Shown: positions 47,318 to 62,347 of the stretch, piece by piece
How the letters are laid out: every line of letters starts with the position of its first letter
Position numbering within the stretch: position 1 is the stretch's first letter
Assembly: GCA_016930775.1 (NCBI GenBank)
Contig: JAFGGB010000112.1
Span: forward strand, 1 to 63,782
Direction of reading: 5' to 3'
Source: Deltaproteobacteria bacterium
Lineage (GTDB): Bacteria; Desulfobacterota; Syntrophia; Syntrophales; UBA2210
DNA length: 63,782 nt
Notes under the pieces: generated by a model
The model's database searches: none
What the model was told of the DNA's origin: nothing
Seen by the model: only the letters and a program-made list of their open reading frames with translations
Translations under genes and position numbers: made by a program

Positions 47318-50300
47318 GTACTTTCTCACCATTTTCAGCGGATTCGATGAGAATCTCCGGACCATCGTCGATAATCGACTCCGGCGCCGTCCTTACATTG
47401 ATTCCCAGCGTTCTGTATAGCGGAAGTCCCGTTCCTGCAGGGATAAGCCGCCCCATGATAACATTCTCCTTGAGCCCTTGGAGCCGGTCGATTTTACCGG
47501 CCAATGCTGCCTCAGTGAGAACGCGTGTCGTCTCTTGAAAGGATGCGGCAGCTATGAAGCTTTCCGTCGTAAGAGATGCTTTCGTAATGCCTAACAGGAC
47601 CGGCTCGCCGATAGCAGGCTTGCCGTCTCTGGCAAGAACCTTTTCATTCTCCTCATCGAAGAGGACTCGATCAACCTGTTCGTCCGACAGGAAATCCGTA
47701 TCGCCTGGATCGGCGATTCGGATTTTCCTGAGCATTTGCCGAACGATGATCTCGATGTGCTTATCGTTGATCTTTACACCCTGCAACCGGTAGACCTCCT
47801 GAACCTCGTCAACGAGATACCGGGCCAGTTCTTTAACTCCTTTGATTGTAAGAATGTCATGTGGATTGCTCGCGCCACCCATAAGCGGCTCGCCGGCGAT
47901 GATACGGTCTCCCTCCTGGACATTCACGTGCTTTCCCTTGGGAACAAGATATTCCTTGGGCTCTCCAACCTCAGGCGTCACAATGATTTGTCTTTTTCCT
48001 TTAATGTCATCGGAGAAGGAAACCACGCCGTCTATCTCGGCGATCATCGCGTACTCCTTCGGCTTTCGGGCTTCGAAAAGTTCCGCGACTCGAGGAAGTC
48101 CTCCCGTTATGTCCTTTGTCTTCGTCGTCTCCCGGGGAATCTTGGCAATAACGTCGCCTGCCTTGATCTCTCTTCCTTCCGCAACGAGGATGTTTGCACC
48201 TACGGGCAGAAGATGGCGCGCCATCGCCTGAGTCCCTGGGATCCTTGCAGTTTTTCCTTCCGGGTTCTTAATTGAAACCCGGGGACGAAGATCCAGGTTT
48301 CTGTATTCCACTATGACCTTGCGAGAGAGGCCCGTTACTTCATCGAGCTGCTCTTGCATTGTTTTACCCTCGATGATGTCGCCGTATTTAATGATGCCCC
48401 CAACTTCGCTAAGAATAGGGATGGAGAAGGGATCCCACTCGGCCAGGAGTGTTCCCCGGGTTACAGTTTCTCCTTCGTTTGCTCGAAGGTACGCGCCGTA
48501 CGGAACGGGATATTTGCCGCGGCTCCGCCCCGCGTTATCGATGATATGAAGCTCTCCATTCCGGCTCATGACAATCGACTCATTGTTTCGGTTCACAGCC
48601 GTGTGCAGATTGACAAACCGCATGATTCCTTCATGGCGGGATTCAAGAGTGGAACGTTCCTCGAATTTAGCCGTACCGCCGATATGGAACGTTCTCATTG
48701 TCAGCTGAGTGCCGGGCTCGCCGATCGACTGGGCTGCAACTATTCCGACAGCTTCGCCAATGTTGACAAGATGACCGTGAGCAAGATCTCTTCCATAGCA
48801 TTTTGCGCAGACTCCAGGGGCAGCCTTGCAAGTTAGAACCGACCGAATAAGAACCCGTTCGAGACCGGCGCGATCGATTTTATCGGCCAAAGCCTCATCG
48901 ATTTCCTGGCCTGACCGGACGATAACCTCGTTTGTGAAAGGATCGCTTATATCCTCGAGAGCCACTCGACCAAGGACGCGGTCGCCGGCCGTCTCTATGA
49001 TTTCACCGCCCTCCGTAAGGGCCGAAACGAAGATGCCGTCAAGGGTTCCGCAATCATATTCTAGAATAATGCAATCCTGCGCAACATCCACGAGCCGTCT
49101 CGTCAGATATCCAGAATTGGCCGTCTTAAGGGCCGTATCGGCGAGGCCTTTCCGGGCGCCGTGAGTAGAAATGAAGTATTGAAGAACCGTCAGTCCCTCA
49201 CGAAAGTTGGCTGTAATCGGCGTCTCAATGATCTCGCCCGAGGGTTTAGCCATGAGACCGCGCATGCCGGCCAGCTGACGAATCTGCGCGGCGCTGCCGC
49301 GAGCTCCCGAGTCAGCCATCATGTAAATAGGATTGAAGCTCGGTGTTTTTTTCGTTTCACCAGAGGCGCCTACAACATCTTCAGTGCTGATATCTCTGAG
49401 CATATCGTCGGCCACTTTCTCCGTAGCGTGAGCCCAGATGTCAATGACCTTGTTGTAGCGTTCGCCGTCCGTGATGAGACCGTCCATATACTGCCGCTGG
49501 ATTTCCAGAACATCGTTCTTTGCCTCATCGACTATGCCTTCTTTCGACTTGGGAATCGCCATGTTATCAAGAGCGAAAGAAAGGCCGGACTGTGTAGCGA
49601 ACTTGAATCCCAGGTCCTTCAAACGATCCGCGAGTATCACGGTCGTTTTCGCCCCGCAGGTTCTGTATGTATAGTCGATCAGTGTTGCCAGTTCCTTTTT
49701 GTTCATTACTTTATTTACAGCGGCGAAGGGGATCTCATTGGGCACAATTTCATACAGCACAATGCGCCCGACGGTAGTATCCACAAAATCTCCATTCATT
49801 CGAACTTTGATCTTGCTGTGGAGTTCAACGGCGCCTCCGTCATAGGCCCGCCGCACTTCCTCGGGGCTTGCAAAGGCCATCCCCTCGCCCTGTCCGAACT
49901 CCTTCGCTCTCGTCACGTAATAGATGCCGAGAACTATGTCCTGGTTCGGTATGATGATGGGCTTCCCATGAGCTGGAGACAGGATGTTATTTGTCGACAT
50001 CATGAGGCACCTGGCCTCCACCTGAGCCTCGACGGAGAGGGGCACATGAACTGCCATTTGATCGCCGTCAAAGTCGGCGTTAAAGGCCATGCAGACCAGC
50101 GGATGAAGCTGAATCGCTTTGCCCTCAATGAGTATCGGTTCGAAGGCCTGAATGCCCAGCCTGTGAAGAGTGGGCGCACGGTTCAGTAGAATGGGATATT
50201 CCCGGACAACCTCGTCCAAGGCATCCCACACTTCTGGCTCTTCCCGTTCCACCATTTTCTTCGCACTCTTGACGGTGGTTACAAAACCCTTCTGTGCAAG

Positions 50301-51455
50301 ACGGTTGTAAATGAACGGCTTAAAGAGCTCGAGGGCCATCTTCTTGGGAAGACCGCACTGATGCAGCCGGAGATCGGGCCCGACAGTGATGACCGAGCGA
50401 CCCGAGTAGTCCACACGCTTGCCCAGGAGGTTCTGACGGAACCGGCCCTGCTTGCCCTTCAGCATGTCCGAGAGAGACCGAAGGGGACGTTTGTTTGTGC
50501 CTGTTACAGCTCGCCCCCGGCGACCGTTGTCAAAAAGCACGTCAACAGCCTCCTGGAGCATTCTCTTCTCGTTACGAATGATGATTTCCGGAGCGTTCAG
50601 TTCCAGGAGCCGTTTCAGCCTGTTGTTCCGGTTGATCACTCGGCGGTACAGATCATTGAGGTCGGAGGTGGCGAACCGTCCGCCGTCAAGGGGAACGAGC
50701 GGACGGAGATCCGGCGGTATCACCGGGAGAACCTTGAGAATCATCCATTCGGGACGGTTGCCCGACTTTTTGATCGTCTCGATGACCTTAAGACGTTTTA
50801 TGATTTTTTTACGCTTCGTCTCCGAGGCAGTGGCGCTGAGTTCCGCACGGAGTTCCACATCAAGTTTGTCCGAATCCGTCTGTTCCAGCAGCTTCCTGAT
50901 CGCCTCTGCTCCGATGCCTGCCTCAAAACCGTCGGGACCGTATTCCTCTCGAAGCTCTATGAACTTTTCTTCCGTGAGAAGCTCCATCCGGCGAAGGGTC
51001 GTATTTTTAGGATCCAGGACGATCCAGGACTCGAAATACAGAACCCTTTCCAGTTCCTTCAACGTAAGATCGAGTACGTTGCCGATCCTGCTGGGCAGGC
51101 TTTTAAGGAACCAGATATGGGCAACGGGCGAAGCGAGCACGATGTGTCCCATACGATCGCGGCGCACCTTGGACTGGATCACCTCGACGCCGCATTTCTC
51201 GCAGACCATGCCCCGATGCTTCATCCGCTTGTAGCGGCCGCAAAGGCATTCATAATCCTTCACGGGACCAAATATTTTCGCGCAAAAGAGGCCATCCCTC
51301 TCCGGCTTAAAGGTTCGATAATTGATCGTCTCAGGCTTCTTAACTTCACCATGCGACCAGGACAGTATTTTTTCCGGCGAAGCCAGGGATATTTTAATGG
51401 CGTTGAACCTGACTGGATCTTTCGGTTTTTCGAAGAACCCAAATATATCTTCCAC
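47295..51455 (-). CDS. rpoC: RNA polymerase subunit beta'
   Basis: [28 protein letters not shown]. Confidence 0.99.
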   Translation of the reverse strand: MEDIFGFFEKPKDPVRFNAIKISLASPEKILSWSHGEVKKPETINYRTFKPERDGLFCAKIFGPVKDYECLCGRYKRMKHRGMVCEKCGVEVIQSKVRRDRMGHIVLASPVAHIWFLKSLPSRIGNVLDLTLKELERVLYFESWIVLDPKNTTLRRMELLTEEKFIELREEYGPDGFEAGIGAEAIRKLLEQTDSDKLDVELRAELSATASETKRKKIIKRLKVIETIKKSGNRPEWMILKVLPVIPPDLRPLVPLDGGRFATSDLNDLYRRVINRNNRLKRLLELNAPEIIIRNEKRMLQEAVDVLFDNGRRGRAVTGTNKRPLRSLSDMLKGKQGRFRQNLLGKRVDYSGRSVITVGPDLRLHQCGLPKKMALELFKPFIYNRLAQKGFVTTVKSAKKMVEREEPEVWDALDEVVREYPILLNRAPTLHRLGIQAFEPILIEGKAIQLHPLVCMAFNADFDGDQMAVHVPLSVEAQVEARCLMMSTNNILSPAHGKPIIIPNQDIVLGIYYVTRAKEFGQGEGMAFASPEEVRRAYDGGAVELHSKIKVRMNGDFVDTTVGRIVLYEIVPNEIPFAAVNKVMNKKELATLIDYTYRTCGAKTTVILADRLKDLGFKFATQSGLSFALDNMAIPKSKEGIVDEAKNDVLEIQRQYMDGLITDGERYNKVIDIWAHATEKVADDMLRDISTEDVVGASGETKKTPSFNPIYMMADSGARGSAAQIRQLAGMRGLMAKPSGEIIETPITANFREGLTVLQYFISTHGARKGLADTALKTANSGYLTRRLVDVAQDCIILEYDCGTLDGIFVSALTEGGEIIETAGDRVLGRVALEDISDPFTNEVIVRSGQEIDEALADKIDRAGLERVLIRSVLTCKAAPGVCAKCYGRDLAHGHLVNIGEAVGIVAAQSIGEPGTQLTMRTFHIGGTAKFEERSTLESRHEGIMRFVNLHTAVNRNNESIVMSRNGELHIIDNAGRSRGKYPVPYGAYLRANEGETVTRGTLLAEWDPFSIPILSEVGGIIKYGDIIEGKTMQEQLDEVTGLSRKVIVEYRNLDLRPRVSIKNPEGKTARIPGTQAMARHLLPVGANILVAEGREIKAGDVIAKIPRETTKTKDITGGLPRVAELFEARKPKEYAMIAEIDGVVSFSDDIKGKRQIIVTPEVGEPKEYLVPKGKHVNVQEGDRIIAGEPLMGGASNPHDILTIKGVKELARYLVDEVQEVYRLQGVKINDKHIEIIVRQMLRKIRIADPGDTDFLSDEQVDRVLFDEENEKVLARDGKPAIGEPVLLGITKASLTTESFIAAASFQETTRVLTEAALAGKIDRLQGLKENVIMGRLIPAGTGLPLYRTLGINVRTAPESIIDDGPEILIESAENGEKVLDSEAAN

Positions 51456-51504
51456 TTATGTTGACTCCCTTACGGTTGAATATTCATCACGGGATACCCC
51501 AGGA

Positions 51505-55593
<4,089 letters not shown>

Positions 55594-55652
55594 ACTCTCC
55601 CTTGAGTCGGTACTGGTTTTTTACGCCGTCAGACGTATGCACCGACGGTTCA

Positions 55653-56045
55653 TTACTTAATCTCGACCGTACCGCCAACCTTTTCCAGCTTAGCTTTAAT
55701 GTCAGCGGCTTCATCCTTCGAGACGCCTTCCTTCACGGACTTCGGAACACCTTCGACCAGATCTTTCGCTTCCTTCAGGCCCAGACCGGTAATGGCCCGG
55801 ACTTCTTTAATAACCTGGATCTTCTGGTCCCCGAAACTGGTAAGGACAACGTTGAACTCCGTCTGTTCTTCCACTGCTTCGGCAGCACTGCCGGGAGCGG
55901 CAATAGATCCAAAAGCCGCCATAGGCGCGGCGGCAGTTACGCCGAACTTTTCCTCAAGCTCCTTTACGAGCTGCGACAGTTCGATAACCGTCATCTGTTC
56001 AATAAATGCAATCACATCTTCTTTCGTAATCTTTGTCTCTGCCAT
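55653..56045 (-). CDS. rplL: 50S ribosomal protein L7/L12
   Basis: [31 protein letters not shown]. Confidence 0.99.
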   Translation of the reverse strand: MAETKITKEDVIAFIEQMTVIELSQLVKELEEKFGVTAAAPMAAFGSIAAPGSAAEAVEEQTEFNVVLTSFGDQKIQVIKEVRAITGLGLKEAKDLVEGVPKSVKEGVSKDEAADIKAKLEKVGGTVEIK

Positions 56046-56080
56046 GTTCTTCGTTCCTTCCTGTTATTGGTTTGGTCAGA

Positions 56081-56605
56081 TTAGTTTGCCTGTTCTTTCT
56101 TCACCCGGTACGCCTCGATCACTTGGACGAACTGCCTCGGCACGCCAGCGAGAACGTTGACGAAGCGCGATTGCACGCCCACCATCACCGAGAGCAGGTT
56201 CGCCATGAGAACATCTCTCCCGGGGAGGTCCGCCAGGACCTTGATCTGCGCCGTGTCCAGCAATGTGCCGTCGAGTACGCCAACCTTGATCTCGAATTTT
56301 TCGTTCTTCTTGGCGAATTCAGTGATGGCTTTCGTCGCTGTCACGACGTCTCCGCTACTCACGATAAGGGCCATTGGGCCTCTCAAGTGATCGTTCAACG
56401 GCGAGAAATCAGTGTTTTCAGAAGCAATCCCCAGGAGATTGTTCTTAACCACTCTCATCTCGCCGTGGCTCTTGCGAAGCTGGTTCCTCAGATCCGTGAT
56501 TTGCGCCACGGTCATGCCGCTATAATCGGCCAGGATCGCTAGATTAACGGTCTTGAGTTTCTCATGAAGTTCGGAGACAACCTGTTCTTTCGTTACCCGA
56601 TCCAA
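56081..56605 (-). CDS. rplJ: 50S ribosomal protein L10
   Basis: DYSGMTV, VVKNNL; probable TTG start at 56605 after a GGGGG RBS. Confidence 0.97.
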   Translation of the reverse strand: MDRVTKEQVVSELHEKLKTVNLAILADYSGMTVAQITDLRNQLRKSHGEMRVVKNNLLGIASENTDFSPLNDHLRGPMALIVSSGDVVTATKAITEFAKKNEKFEIKVGVLDGTLLDTAQIKVLADLPGRDVLMANLLSVMVGVQSRFVNVLAGVPRQFVQVIEAYRVKKEQAN

Positions 56606-56639
56606 ATCATTTGCCCCCTTTCGCATCAAATAGGAGCAT

Positions 56640-56780
56640 CTCCATCATGATTGCACCCGCATGATAGAGACTGCTCATTGAATCGGACTGCCAATAACAG
56701 GAAGAACTGTGTAACCCCTCGCTGTCTCGGCAGGCCGATTTGCATCGATTAAACCTAACGTACCTGCTGTCTTCGACACT
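56640..56780 (-). promoter_or_regulatory. L10 leader (autoregulatory RNA element)
   Basis: Minus strand CGAAGACAGCAGGT...TTAA...CCTGCCGAGAC in the rplA-rplJ gap, matching the L10-leader pattern. 3' boundary approximate. Confidence 0.8.
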
Positions 56781-56799
56781 ATGTCGGAAAACCGCTGTG

Positions 56800-57510
56800 C
56801 TAACCTGTTCGTAAAATGCTCCTGATATCGACTGGATCGACTTTCACACCAGGACCTATCGTGCTGGAAAGGGAAAGAGCCTTCAGGTATGTTCCTTTAC
56901 TGGAAGCAGGTTTCAGCTTTATTATCGTTTCAAGCAATGCGTTGATGTTGCCAATAAGCTTCTCTTCTCCGAAGGACACTTTTCCCACGGGACTGTGAAC
57001 AATGCCCGCCTTTTCGACCCGGAATTCAACCTTGCCCGCTTTCGATTCCTCAACAGCCTGTTGAATGTCGAAAGTTACGGTGCCGACCTTGGGATTCGGC
57101 ATCAGTCCGCGGGGACCGAGAATCTTCCCGAGTTTGCCGACGGCGCCCATCATGTCGGGCGTGGCGATAACTCGATCAAACTCCAGCCAGCCTTCCTTGA
57201 TTTTTTCAATGAAATCGTCGGACCCCACATAGTCTGCTCCTGCCTGACGAGCTTCCTTCTCCTTCTCGCCCTTGGCGAAGACCAGCACCCTAATGGTCTT
57301 GCCGAGGCCGTGGGGAAGGACGACGCTTCCTCGGACCATCTGATCGGCGTGCTTGGGATTAACACCAAGCCTGATCGCCGTATCGACTGTTTCGTCGAAT
57401 TTCGCCCGGGCAGTGGAAATTACCAGAGCAACAGCCTCCTGAAGAGAGTACCGCTTGCCTGGATCTACTTTTGCTCTCGCAGCTGTGTATAACTTACCCC
57501 GATTGGCCAT
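56800..57510 (-). CDS. rplA: 50S ribosomal protein L1
   Basis: [28 protein letters not shown]. Confidence 0.99.
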   Translation of the reverse strand: MANRGKLYTAARAKVDPGKRYSLQEAVALVISTARAKFDETVDTAIRLGVNPKHADQMVRGSVVLPHGLGKTIRVLVFAKGEKEKEARQAGADYVGSDDFIEKIKEGWLEFDRVIATPDMMGAVGKLGKILGPRGLMPNPKVGTVTFDIQQAVEESKAGKVEFRVEKAGIVHSPVGKVSFGEEKLIGNINALLETIIKLKPASSKGTYLKALSLSSTIGPGVKVDPVDIRSILRTG

Positions 57511-57539
57511 GAATCAACAACTCCGTGCTACTTTTAATA

Positions 57540-57962
57540 TTAAACAACATCGATGCCCATGGAGCGCGCCGTCCCTTCAAGGATACGCATGGCGCTGTCA
57601 ACATCATAGGCGTTCAGATCCTTAATTTTCAGCTCGGCAATCTCCTTGAGCTGTTTCACCGTGACCGTTCCCACCTTTTGGCGTTTCGGGTCTCCTGACC
57701 CCTTGGCTATTTTCGCCGCCTGCTTTAGAAGGACCGACGCCGGAGGCGTCTTCGTGACAAAGGTAAAGGACTTGTCAGCATAAACAGTGATGAGAACGGG
57801 AATTACTATTCCTTCCTGATTAGACGTCTGGGCATTGTAGGCCTTGCAGAATTCCATAATATTGACGCCGTGCTGGCCCAAAGCAGGTCCAATCGGCGGC
57901 GACGGCGTGGCCTTGCCCGCCTGTATCTGAAGCTTGATTATCGCGATTACCTTCTTTGCCAT
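57540..57962 (-). CDS. rplK: 50S ribosomal protein L11
   Basis: [26 protein letters not shown]. Confidence 0.99.
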   Translation of the reverse strand: MAKKVIAIIKLQIQAGKATPSPPIGPALGQHGVNIMEFCKAYNAQTSNQEGIVIPVLITVYADKSFTFVTKTPPASVLLKQAAKIAKGSGDPKRQKVGTVTVKQLKEIAELKIKDLNAYDVDSAMRILEGTARSMGIDVV

Positions 57963-58019
57963 TGCTTACCCCTTGCCATGCTGCCACGTAATAGGTCTGG
58001 AGGCACACTCCAGAGCAAA

Positions 58020-58550
58020 CTAAGTATTCACCACCTGGATGTAATCCAGTTCCACAGGCGTTGATCTGCCAAAAATACTGACTATGACTCTCAGCTTACC
58101 CTTGTCGGGCTTTACTTCATCCACCACACCATCGAAGTTTGTGAAGGGACCGTCAATAATCCGTACGTGATCGCCTTCCTCAAACTTGAATTTGGGCTTT
58201 GGCTTCAGCGTCCCTTCGTCAATACGGGCCTTCAAATGTTCCACGTCGGCGTCTGCAATAGGCGAAGGCTTGTCTCTGCTGCCGACGAAACCCGTCACCT
58301 TGGGAGTGTTTCGAACAATATGCCAGGTGTCGTCGTTCAGTTCCATCCTCACGAGGATATAACCGGGAAAGAATTTACGCTTGGACGTCTTCTTCTCACC
58401 CTTCCTGAGTTCGACAACGTCTTCCTCGGGCACCAGGACATTCTCGAAATAACTCTCCATCCCGGCATTTGCAATCGCCTCAGTGAGGGATTGCTTCACC
58501 CGATTCTCGAAGCCCGAATAGGTATGCACAACATACCATCTGAATGCCAT
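58020..58550 (-). CDS. nusG: Transcription termination/antitermination factor NusG
   Basis: [33 protein letters not shown]. Confidence 0.99.
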   Translation of the reverse strand: MAFRWYVVHTYSGFENRVKQSLTEAIANAGMESYFENVLVPEEDVVELRKGEKKTSKRKFFPGYILVRMELNDDTWHIVRNTPKVTGFVGSRDKPSPIADADVEHLKARIDEGTLKPKPKFKFEEGDHVRIIDGPFTNFDGVVDEVKPDKGKLRVIVSIFGRSTPVELDYIQVVNT

Positions 58551-58554
58551 GATT

Positions 58555-58758
58555 CTACCCCAGGAGAGCTCGAACGATCCTGGTCAGACCCATGTCCACC
58601 AAGCCGAGGAAGAGCGAGACGATGACAACGACGACGAGGACTACGGATGTGGAACCGAGGGCTTGCTTCGGCGTTGGCCACGCTACCTTTTTCAGTTCGA
58701 CCCTCGCTTCCCTGAGAAACTGGACGACCGCGTTTAAGATGGTTCTTAATTTCTCCAT
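58555..58758 (-). CDS. secE: Preprotein translocase SecE
   Basis: ELKKVAWP plus a single TM helix; upstream of nusG. Confidence 0.96.
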   Translation of the reverse strand: MEKLRTILNAVVQFLREARVELKKVAWPTPKQALGSTSVVLVVVVIVSLFLGLVDMGLTRIVRALLG

Positions 58759-58784
58759 TTTTTACCATACCCATGTAATAATAA

Positions 58785-58862
58785 TGGCAGGCCAGGAGGG
58801 ATTCGAACCCCCAGCATCCGGATTTGGAGTCCGGCGCTCTATCCAATTAGAGCTACTGGCCC
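58785..58862 (-). tRNA. tRNA-Trp(CCA)
   Basis: GGGCCAGTAGCTC...CTCCAAA...GTTCGAATC...CTGGCCTGCCA cloverleaf. Confidence 0.97.
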
Positions 58863-58870
58863 GTGCCGTG

Positions 58871-59020
58871 TTACTTCGTCTCCCTGTGAACCGTGTGAAT
58901 CCGGCAGAAGCGGCAATATTTCTTGAATTCGAGACGATCTTTCGTCGTCCGCTTGTTCTTCGTCGTCGAGTAATTTCTACGTTTACATTCGCTGCACGCG
59001 AGGGTTATCTTGTCTCTCAT
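58871..59020 (-). CDS. rpmG: 50S ribosomal protein L33
   Basis: [15 protein letters not shown]...KKYCRFC..HT.HRETK. Confidence 0.98.
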   Translation of the reverse strand: MRDKITLACSECKRRNYSTTKNKRTTKDRLEFKKYCRFCRIHTVHRETK

Positions 59021-59043
59021 GATTATACCTGCTCTGTAATAAC

Positions 59044-59119
59044 TGGAGCCCACGACCAGGATTGAACTGGTGACCTCATCCTTACCAAGGATGTGCTCTA
59101 CCGACTGAGCTACGTGGGC
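59044..59119 (-). tRNA. tRNA-Thr(GGT)
   Basis: GCCCACGTAGCTCAG...TTGGTAA...GTGGGCTCCA, 76 nt. Confidence 0.97.
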
Positions 59120-59175
59120 ATGTCGCCTCTGTTCGGCACCGCCTCACCCAACGTCCTTCTCCGCAGTCAAATTTA

Positions 59176-59251
59176 TGGAGCGGGAAACGGGATTCGAACC
59201 CGCGACCCTCAGCTTGGAAGGCTGATGCTCTAGCCACTGAGCTACTCCCGC
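59176..59251 (-). tRNA. tRNA-Gly(TCC)
   Basis: GCGGGAGTAGCTCAG...CTTCCAA...TCCCGCTCCA, 76 nt. Confidence 0.97.
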
Positions 59252-59274
59252 TTACTGACGGAGAAACCAAAAAA

Positions 59275-59359
<85 letters not shown>

Positions 59360-59377
59360 TCAACATTCGCTTCCAAA

Positions 59378-59453
59378 TGGAGCTGGCGATGGGACTCGAA
59401 CCCGCAACCTGCTGATTACAAATCAGCTGCTCTACCGCTTGAGCTACGCCAGC
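59378..59453 (-). tRNA. tRNA-Thr(TGT)
   Basis: GCTGGCGTAGCTCAA...TTTGTAA...GCCAGCTCCA, 76 nt. Confidence 0.97.
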
Positions 59454-59528
59454 TTGACAGCGATTAAAAAAACAAGCGATTTCGTACGCTGCTCAATATG
59501 CAATATCGTGCGAAAACGCGAATTAGGG

Positions 59529-59557
59529 ACATTAAATACATTGCCCCTTTTTGTCAA
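59529..59557 (-). promoter_or_regulatory. Putative sigma70 promoter of the tRNA-rpmG-secE cluster
   Basis: Minus strand TTGACA-N17-TAATGT. Confidence 0.6.
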
Positions 59558-59582
59558 GTAGTTTTTCGCGCTCACCGTCAAA

Positions 59583-61076
59583 TTATATCTCGTCTCCGAA
59601 TACCTGCGCTGAAAATCGATAGAGCGTCGCCTCCGGCGATTTCCACGCATCGGAGGATAATCCGGCCTTGCGGCAGGTCTCTTCCACAAAAGTGAGGCCG
59701 TCCCATTCATATTCTGCAGCTACTTGAGGCAACAAAAGCCCCGATCGATAACCTTTTACGATATAGAGGCCGTCGCGGCCGATTTCGATTTCCTTTGGGC
59801 CTCGAATTTTTTCAAAAGGAGTAAGGACAGATATCTCTATTGCAAGATCCTTCAGCTCCGATTCTTTGAGCGGGGAAAATCTCGGATCCTCGAAGGCGGC
59901 TGCGCGAGCCATTTCGAAAACCGTCCTGTCAAGAGGTTTTTTGGCCTCTATGAAGCCTATGCAGCCCCGCAGATGCCCTCTCTTTTTCAGTGTTACGAAG
60001 GCGCCTCGCTTCTCCCGGAGCGCACCGCTCTCATTGTCAAAAGAAGGCTCTTCCTTCCCCGCGAGCGACGAAACGATGCTTGCTCTTGCTATCGCCAGGA
60101 GACGCTTCTGTTCGGCAACCGTAAGACCCATATCAACACCAACCTTTCCCTGGGTCTCGACATCCCTGATTTCTCCCTCCTTATAGAATACGGCAGCGGC
60201 ATATCCGACTACACTGCCTCTATCGCCTGTTACATCGCCGGAATTCGCATACCGCAGCATCTTTGAACCATGAGCTCCAATCTTCTGCGCCGCAAGAATA
60301 GCAACCGCCATGGGACCTCCTCCGCACGCCTCGCAATCACCGCTGTCGAGATCGGACAGAAGACTGCGGTAATCCATTTTTTCAAGGTGCCTGAGAACGC
60401 GAGCGTCAAGCCGCACGGCTTCCTCATAGCCGTGAAAGTGAGACAGATCGGAACTTCCCACAACGAGAATATTGCTGCCGCTTGTTGCATTTGATATTGC
60501 CTCGGCCAGTATCCGGCAGGTCTCATCGTCCTGACTTCCCATGACAATGGGAACAAAGGAGAACGAACCAAGCGCAATCTGCAGGAATGGAAGCTGTATC
60601 TCCACCGAGTGCTCCTGACTGTGAGCAGGGGGGAATTCTCTGATAAGCGGATTTGCAGCCATGATTTTTCGAGCAAGCGCTTCATCGACGGGTACAACCC
60701 CGAGAGGCGTTTCGAAGCCGCCTGCGGCGTAGACGGAAGCTCCCTGAAAAGGAAGCCGATGGCTGGGACCGACGACGACAACCGAATCGAAAACCCTTCC
60801 CTTGAGAAGCTTGTAGGCATGGGCGGCAATGGCGCCTGAATACATGTATCCTGCATGGGGTACGACGATGCTTGTTATCGCACCTTGCACCGGCTCAATC
60901 GTCGCCTTGTCAAGATAGCGCTCAATATCCGCCCTTAGAACGTCTGGCCGGCCGGGATACCAGCTTCCGGCAATCGCAGATTTTCGAATTTCGTTCATAT
61001 TTGCAGCCTCCGGGGCGCCGCACGGACAGAGCAAGCAAGCCGACATTAGAACATATATTATTCCGATGCGTCTCAT
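59583..61076 (-). CDS. amrB: AmmeMemoRadiSam system protein B (Memo-like) fused to protein A (AMMECR1-like)
   Basis: AGSWYP, PHAGY.YSG, GPSH, EHS.E.QLPF, SSDLSH, CGGGP, VVGY, then GAFVTL, LRGCIG, DPRF, LLLPQV. Alternative start at ATG 60998. Confidence 0.93.
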   Translation of the reverse strand: MRRIGIIYVLMSACLLCPCGAPEAANMNEIRKSAIAGSWYPGRPDVLRADIERYLDKATIEPVQGAITSIVVPHAGYMYSGAIAAHAYKLLKGRVFDSVVVVGPSHRLPFQGASVYAAGGFETPLGVVPVDEALARKIMAANPLIREFPPAHSQEHSVEIQLPFLQIALGSFSFVPIVMGSQDDETCRILAEAISNATSGSNILVVGSSDLSHFHGYEEAVRLDARVLRHLEKMDYRSLLSDLDSGDCEACGGGPMAVAILAAQKIGAHGSKMLRYANSGDVTGDRGSVVGYAAAVFYKEGEIRDVETQGKVGVDMGLTVAEQKRLLAIARASIVSSLAGKEEPSFDNESGALREKRGAFVTLKKRGHLRGCIGFIEAKKPLDRTVFEMARAAAFEDPRFSPLKESELKDLAIEISVLTPFEKIRGPKEIEIGRDGLYIVKGYRSGLLLPQVAAEYEWDGLTFVEETCRKAGLSSDAWKSPEATLYRFSAQVFGDEI

Positions 61077-61329
61077 TGCAATCAGGCAATCACTCAGATG
61101 CCAGCAGTGTTTACAATGTGTGAATGTAGAAAAATATCAAAATGTTGTCAAGTCCTATCTCCAAAATTGTCTCTATCAATATCAGTTAACTCTCATGTCA
61201 AAAAAATTGTTGACTAATAAGAGGCCGATGGATACTATCGTGAATCCTAAACAGCGTGTATCCTTTGGAATATTCTGGACATGACAAAACGTTAGCATCC
61301 TTATATATATTATATTACGGAGGTTTGTG

Positions 61330-62337
61330 ATGGGGATTCGCGTCGCAATTAATGGATTCGGGAGAATTGGTCGGTACCTTGTCAGGACATGCGAGGGACG
61401 TAAGGACATTGAAATAATTGCAGTAAACACCAGAGCGAAAGCTGAAACGCTATGCCATCTATTGAAATACGATTCAGTCCATGGAAGGTTCAGAGCGGAC
61501 ATCGGCAGCGATGAAAAGCATCTGATAGTAAACGGCAAGAAAATCATTGTGACAAACGATACGGATAATCTGACCGCCCTTCCCTGGAAGGAGCTGGGAG
61601 TCGATATCGTCTTGGAATCAACCGGAAAATTCAGGAAACGCGATCAGTGCACCGGCCATCTGACGGCAGGCGCCAAAAAGGTCATTATCGCCGCCCCCGG
61701 CAAGAATGTCGACGGCACCTTTGTTATGGGCGTCAACGAAAAGTCCTATGATCCCAAGGTTCAACATATCGTCTCGAATGCCTCTTGCACGACCAACTGC
61801 CTTGCACCGGTCGCCAAAGTGATCCACGAAAGCTTTCGAATACGTCGCGGCCTCATGACGACAATTCATTCCTATACAATGGATCAGCGACTGCTCGACG
61901 GCTCACACAAAGACCTTCGACGGGGACGAGCCGCTGCCATGTCAATAGTTCCCACAACCACCGGCGCCGCCGCCGCTGTGGGAGAGGTGATCCCCGATCT
62001 GAAGGGCAAACTCGACGGCATTGCCCTCAGGGTTCCTACGCCGAACGTATCTCTGGTCGACTTGGCCGCCGAACTGGAACAGAAAACAACCGCATACGAC
62101 ATAAACACCGTCCTGAAAAATGCCGCCACGGGTCCCTTGAAAGGAATCATGGCCGTCTGCGATGAGGAACTCGTCTCTGTCGACTTCACCAGCGATGAGC
62201 ACTCCTCCATTGTCGATGCACCCCTTACGATGGTTATCGAAGGAAACATGGTCAAGATTTTCGCATGGTACGACAACGAGAGCGGATATGCCTGCAGGAT
62301 GAGGGATCTTGCCGTCTACATGGGATCTTTCTTCTAA
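61330..62337 (+). CDS. gap: Type I glyceraldehyde-3-phosphate dehydrogenase
   Basis: INGFGRIGR, SNASCTTNCLAP, RVPTPNVS, WYDNE. Confidence 0.98.
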   Translation: MGIRVAINGFGRIGRYLVRTCEGRKDIEIIAVNTRAKAETLCHLLKYDSVHGRFRADIGSDEKHLIVNGKKIIVTNDTDNLTALPWKELGVDIVLESTGKFRKRDQCTGHLTAGAKKVIIAAPGKNVDGTFVMGVNEKSYDPKVQHIVSNASCTTNCLAPVAKVIHESFRIRRGLMTTIHSYTMDQRLLDGSHKDLRRGRAAAMSIVPTTTGAAAAVGEVIPDLKGKLDGIALRVPTPNVSLVDLAAELEQKTTAYDINTVLKNAATGPLKGIMAVCDEELVSVDFTSDEHSSIVDAPLTMVIEGNMVKIFAWYDNESGYACRMRDLAVYMGSFF

Positions 62338-62347
62338 GGAGCACGCA

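Noticed and set aside
58785-58862. G1-U72 pair in tRNA-Trp as a recoding or suppressor signal
   Set aside because: The anticodon is the normal CCA and the terminal wobble pair is a tolerated variant.
61077-61326. Rex or other operator upstream of gap
   Set aside because: AT-rich with only half-site matches; no convincing palindrome.
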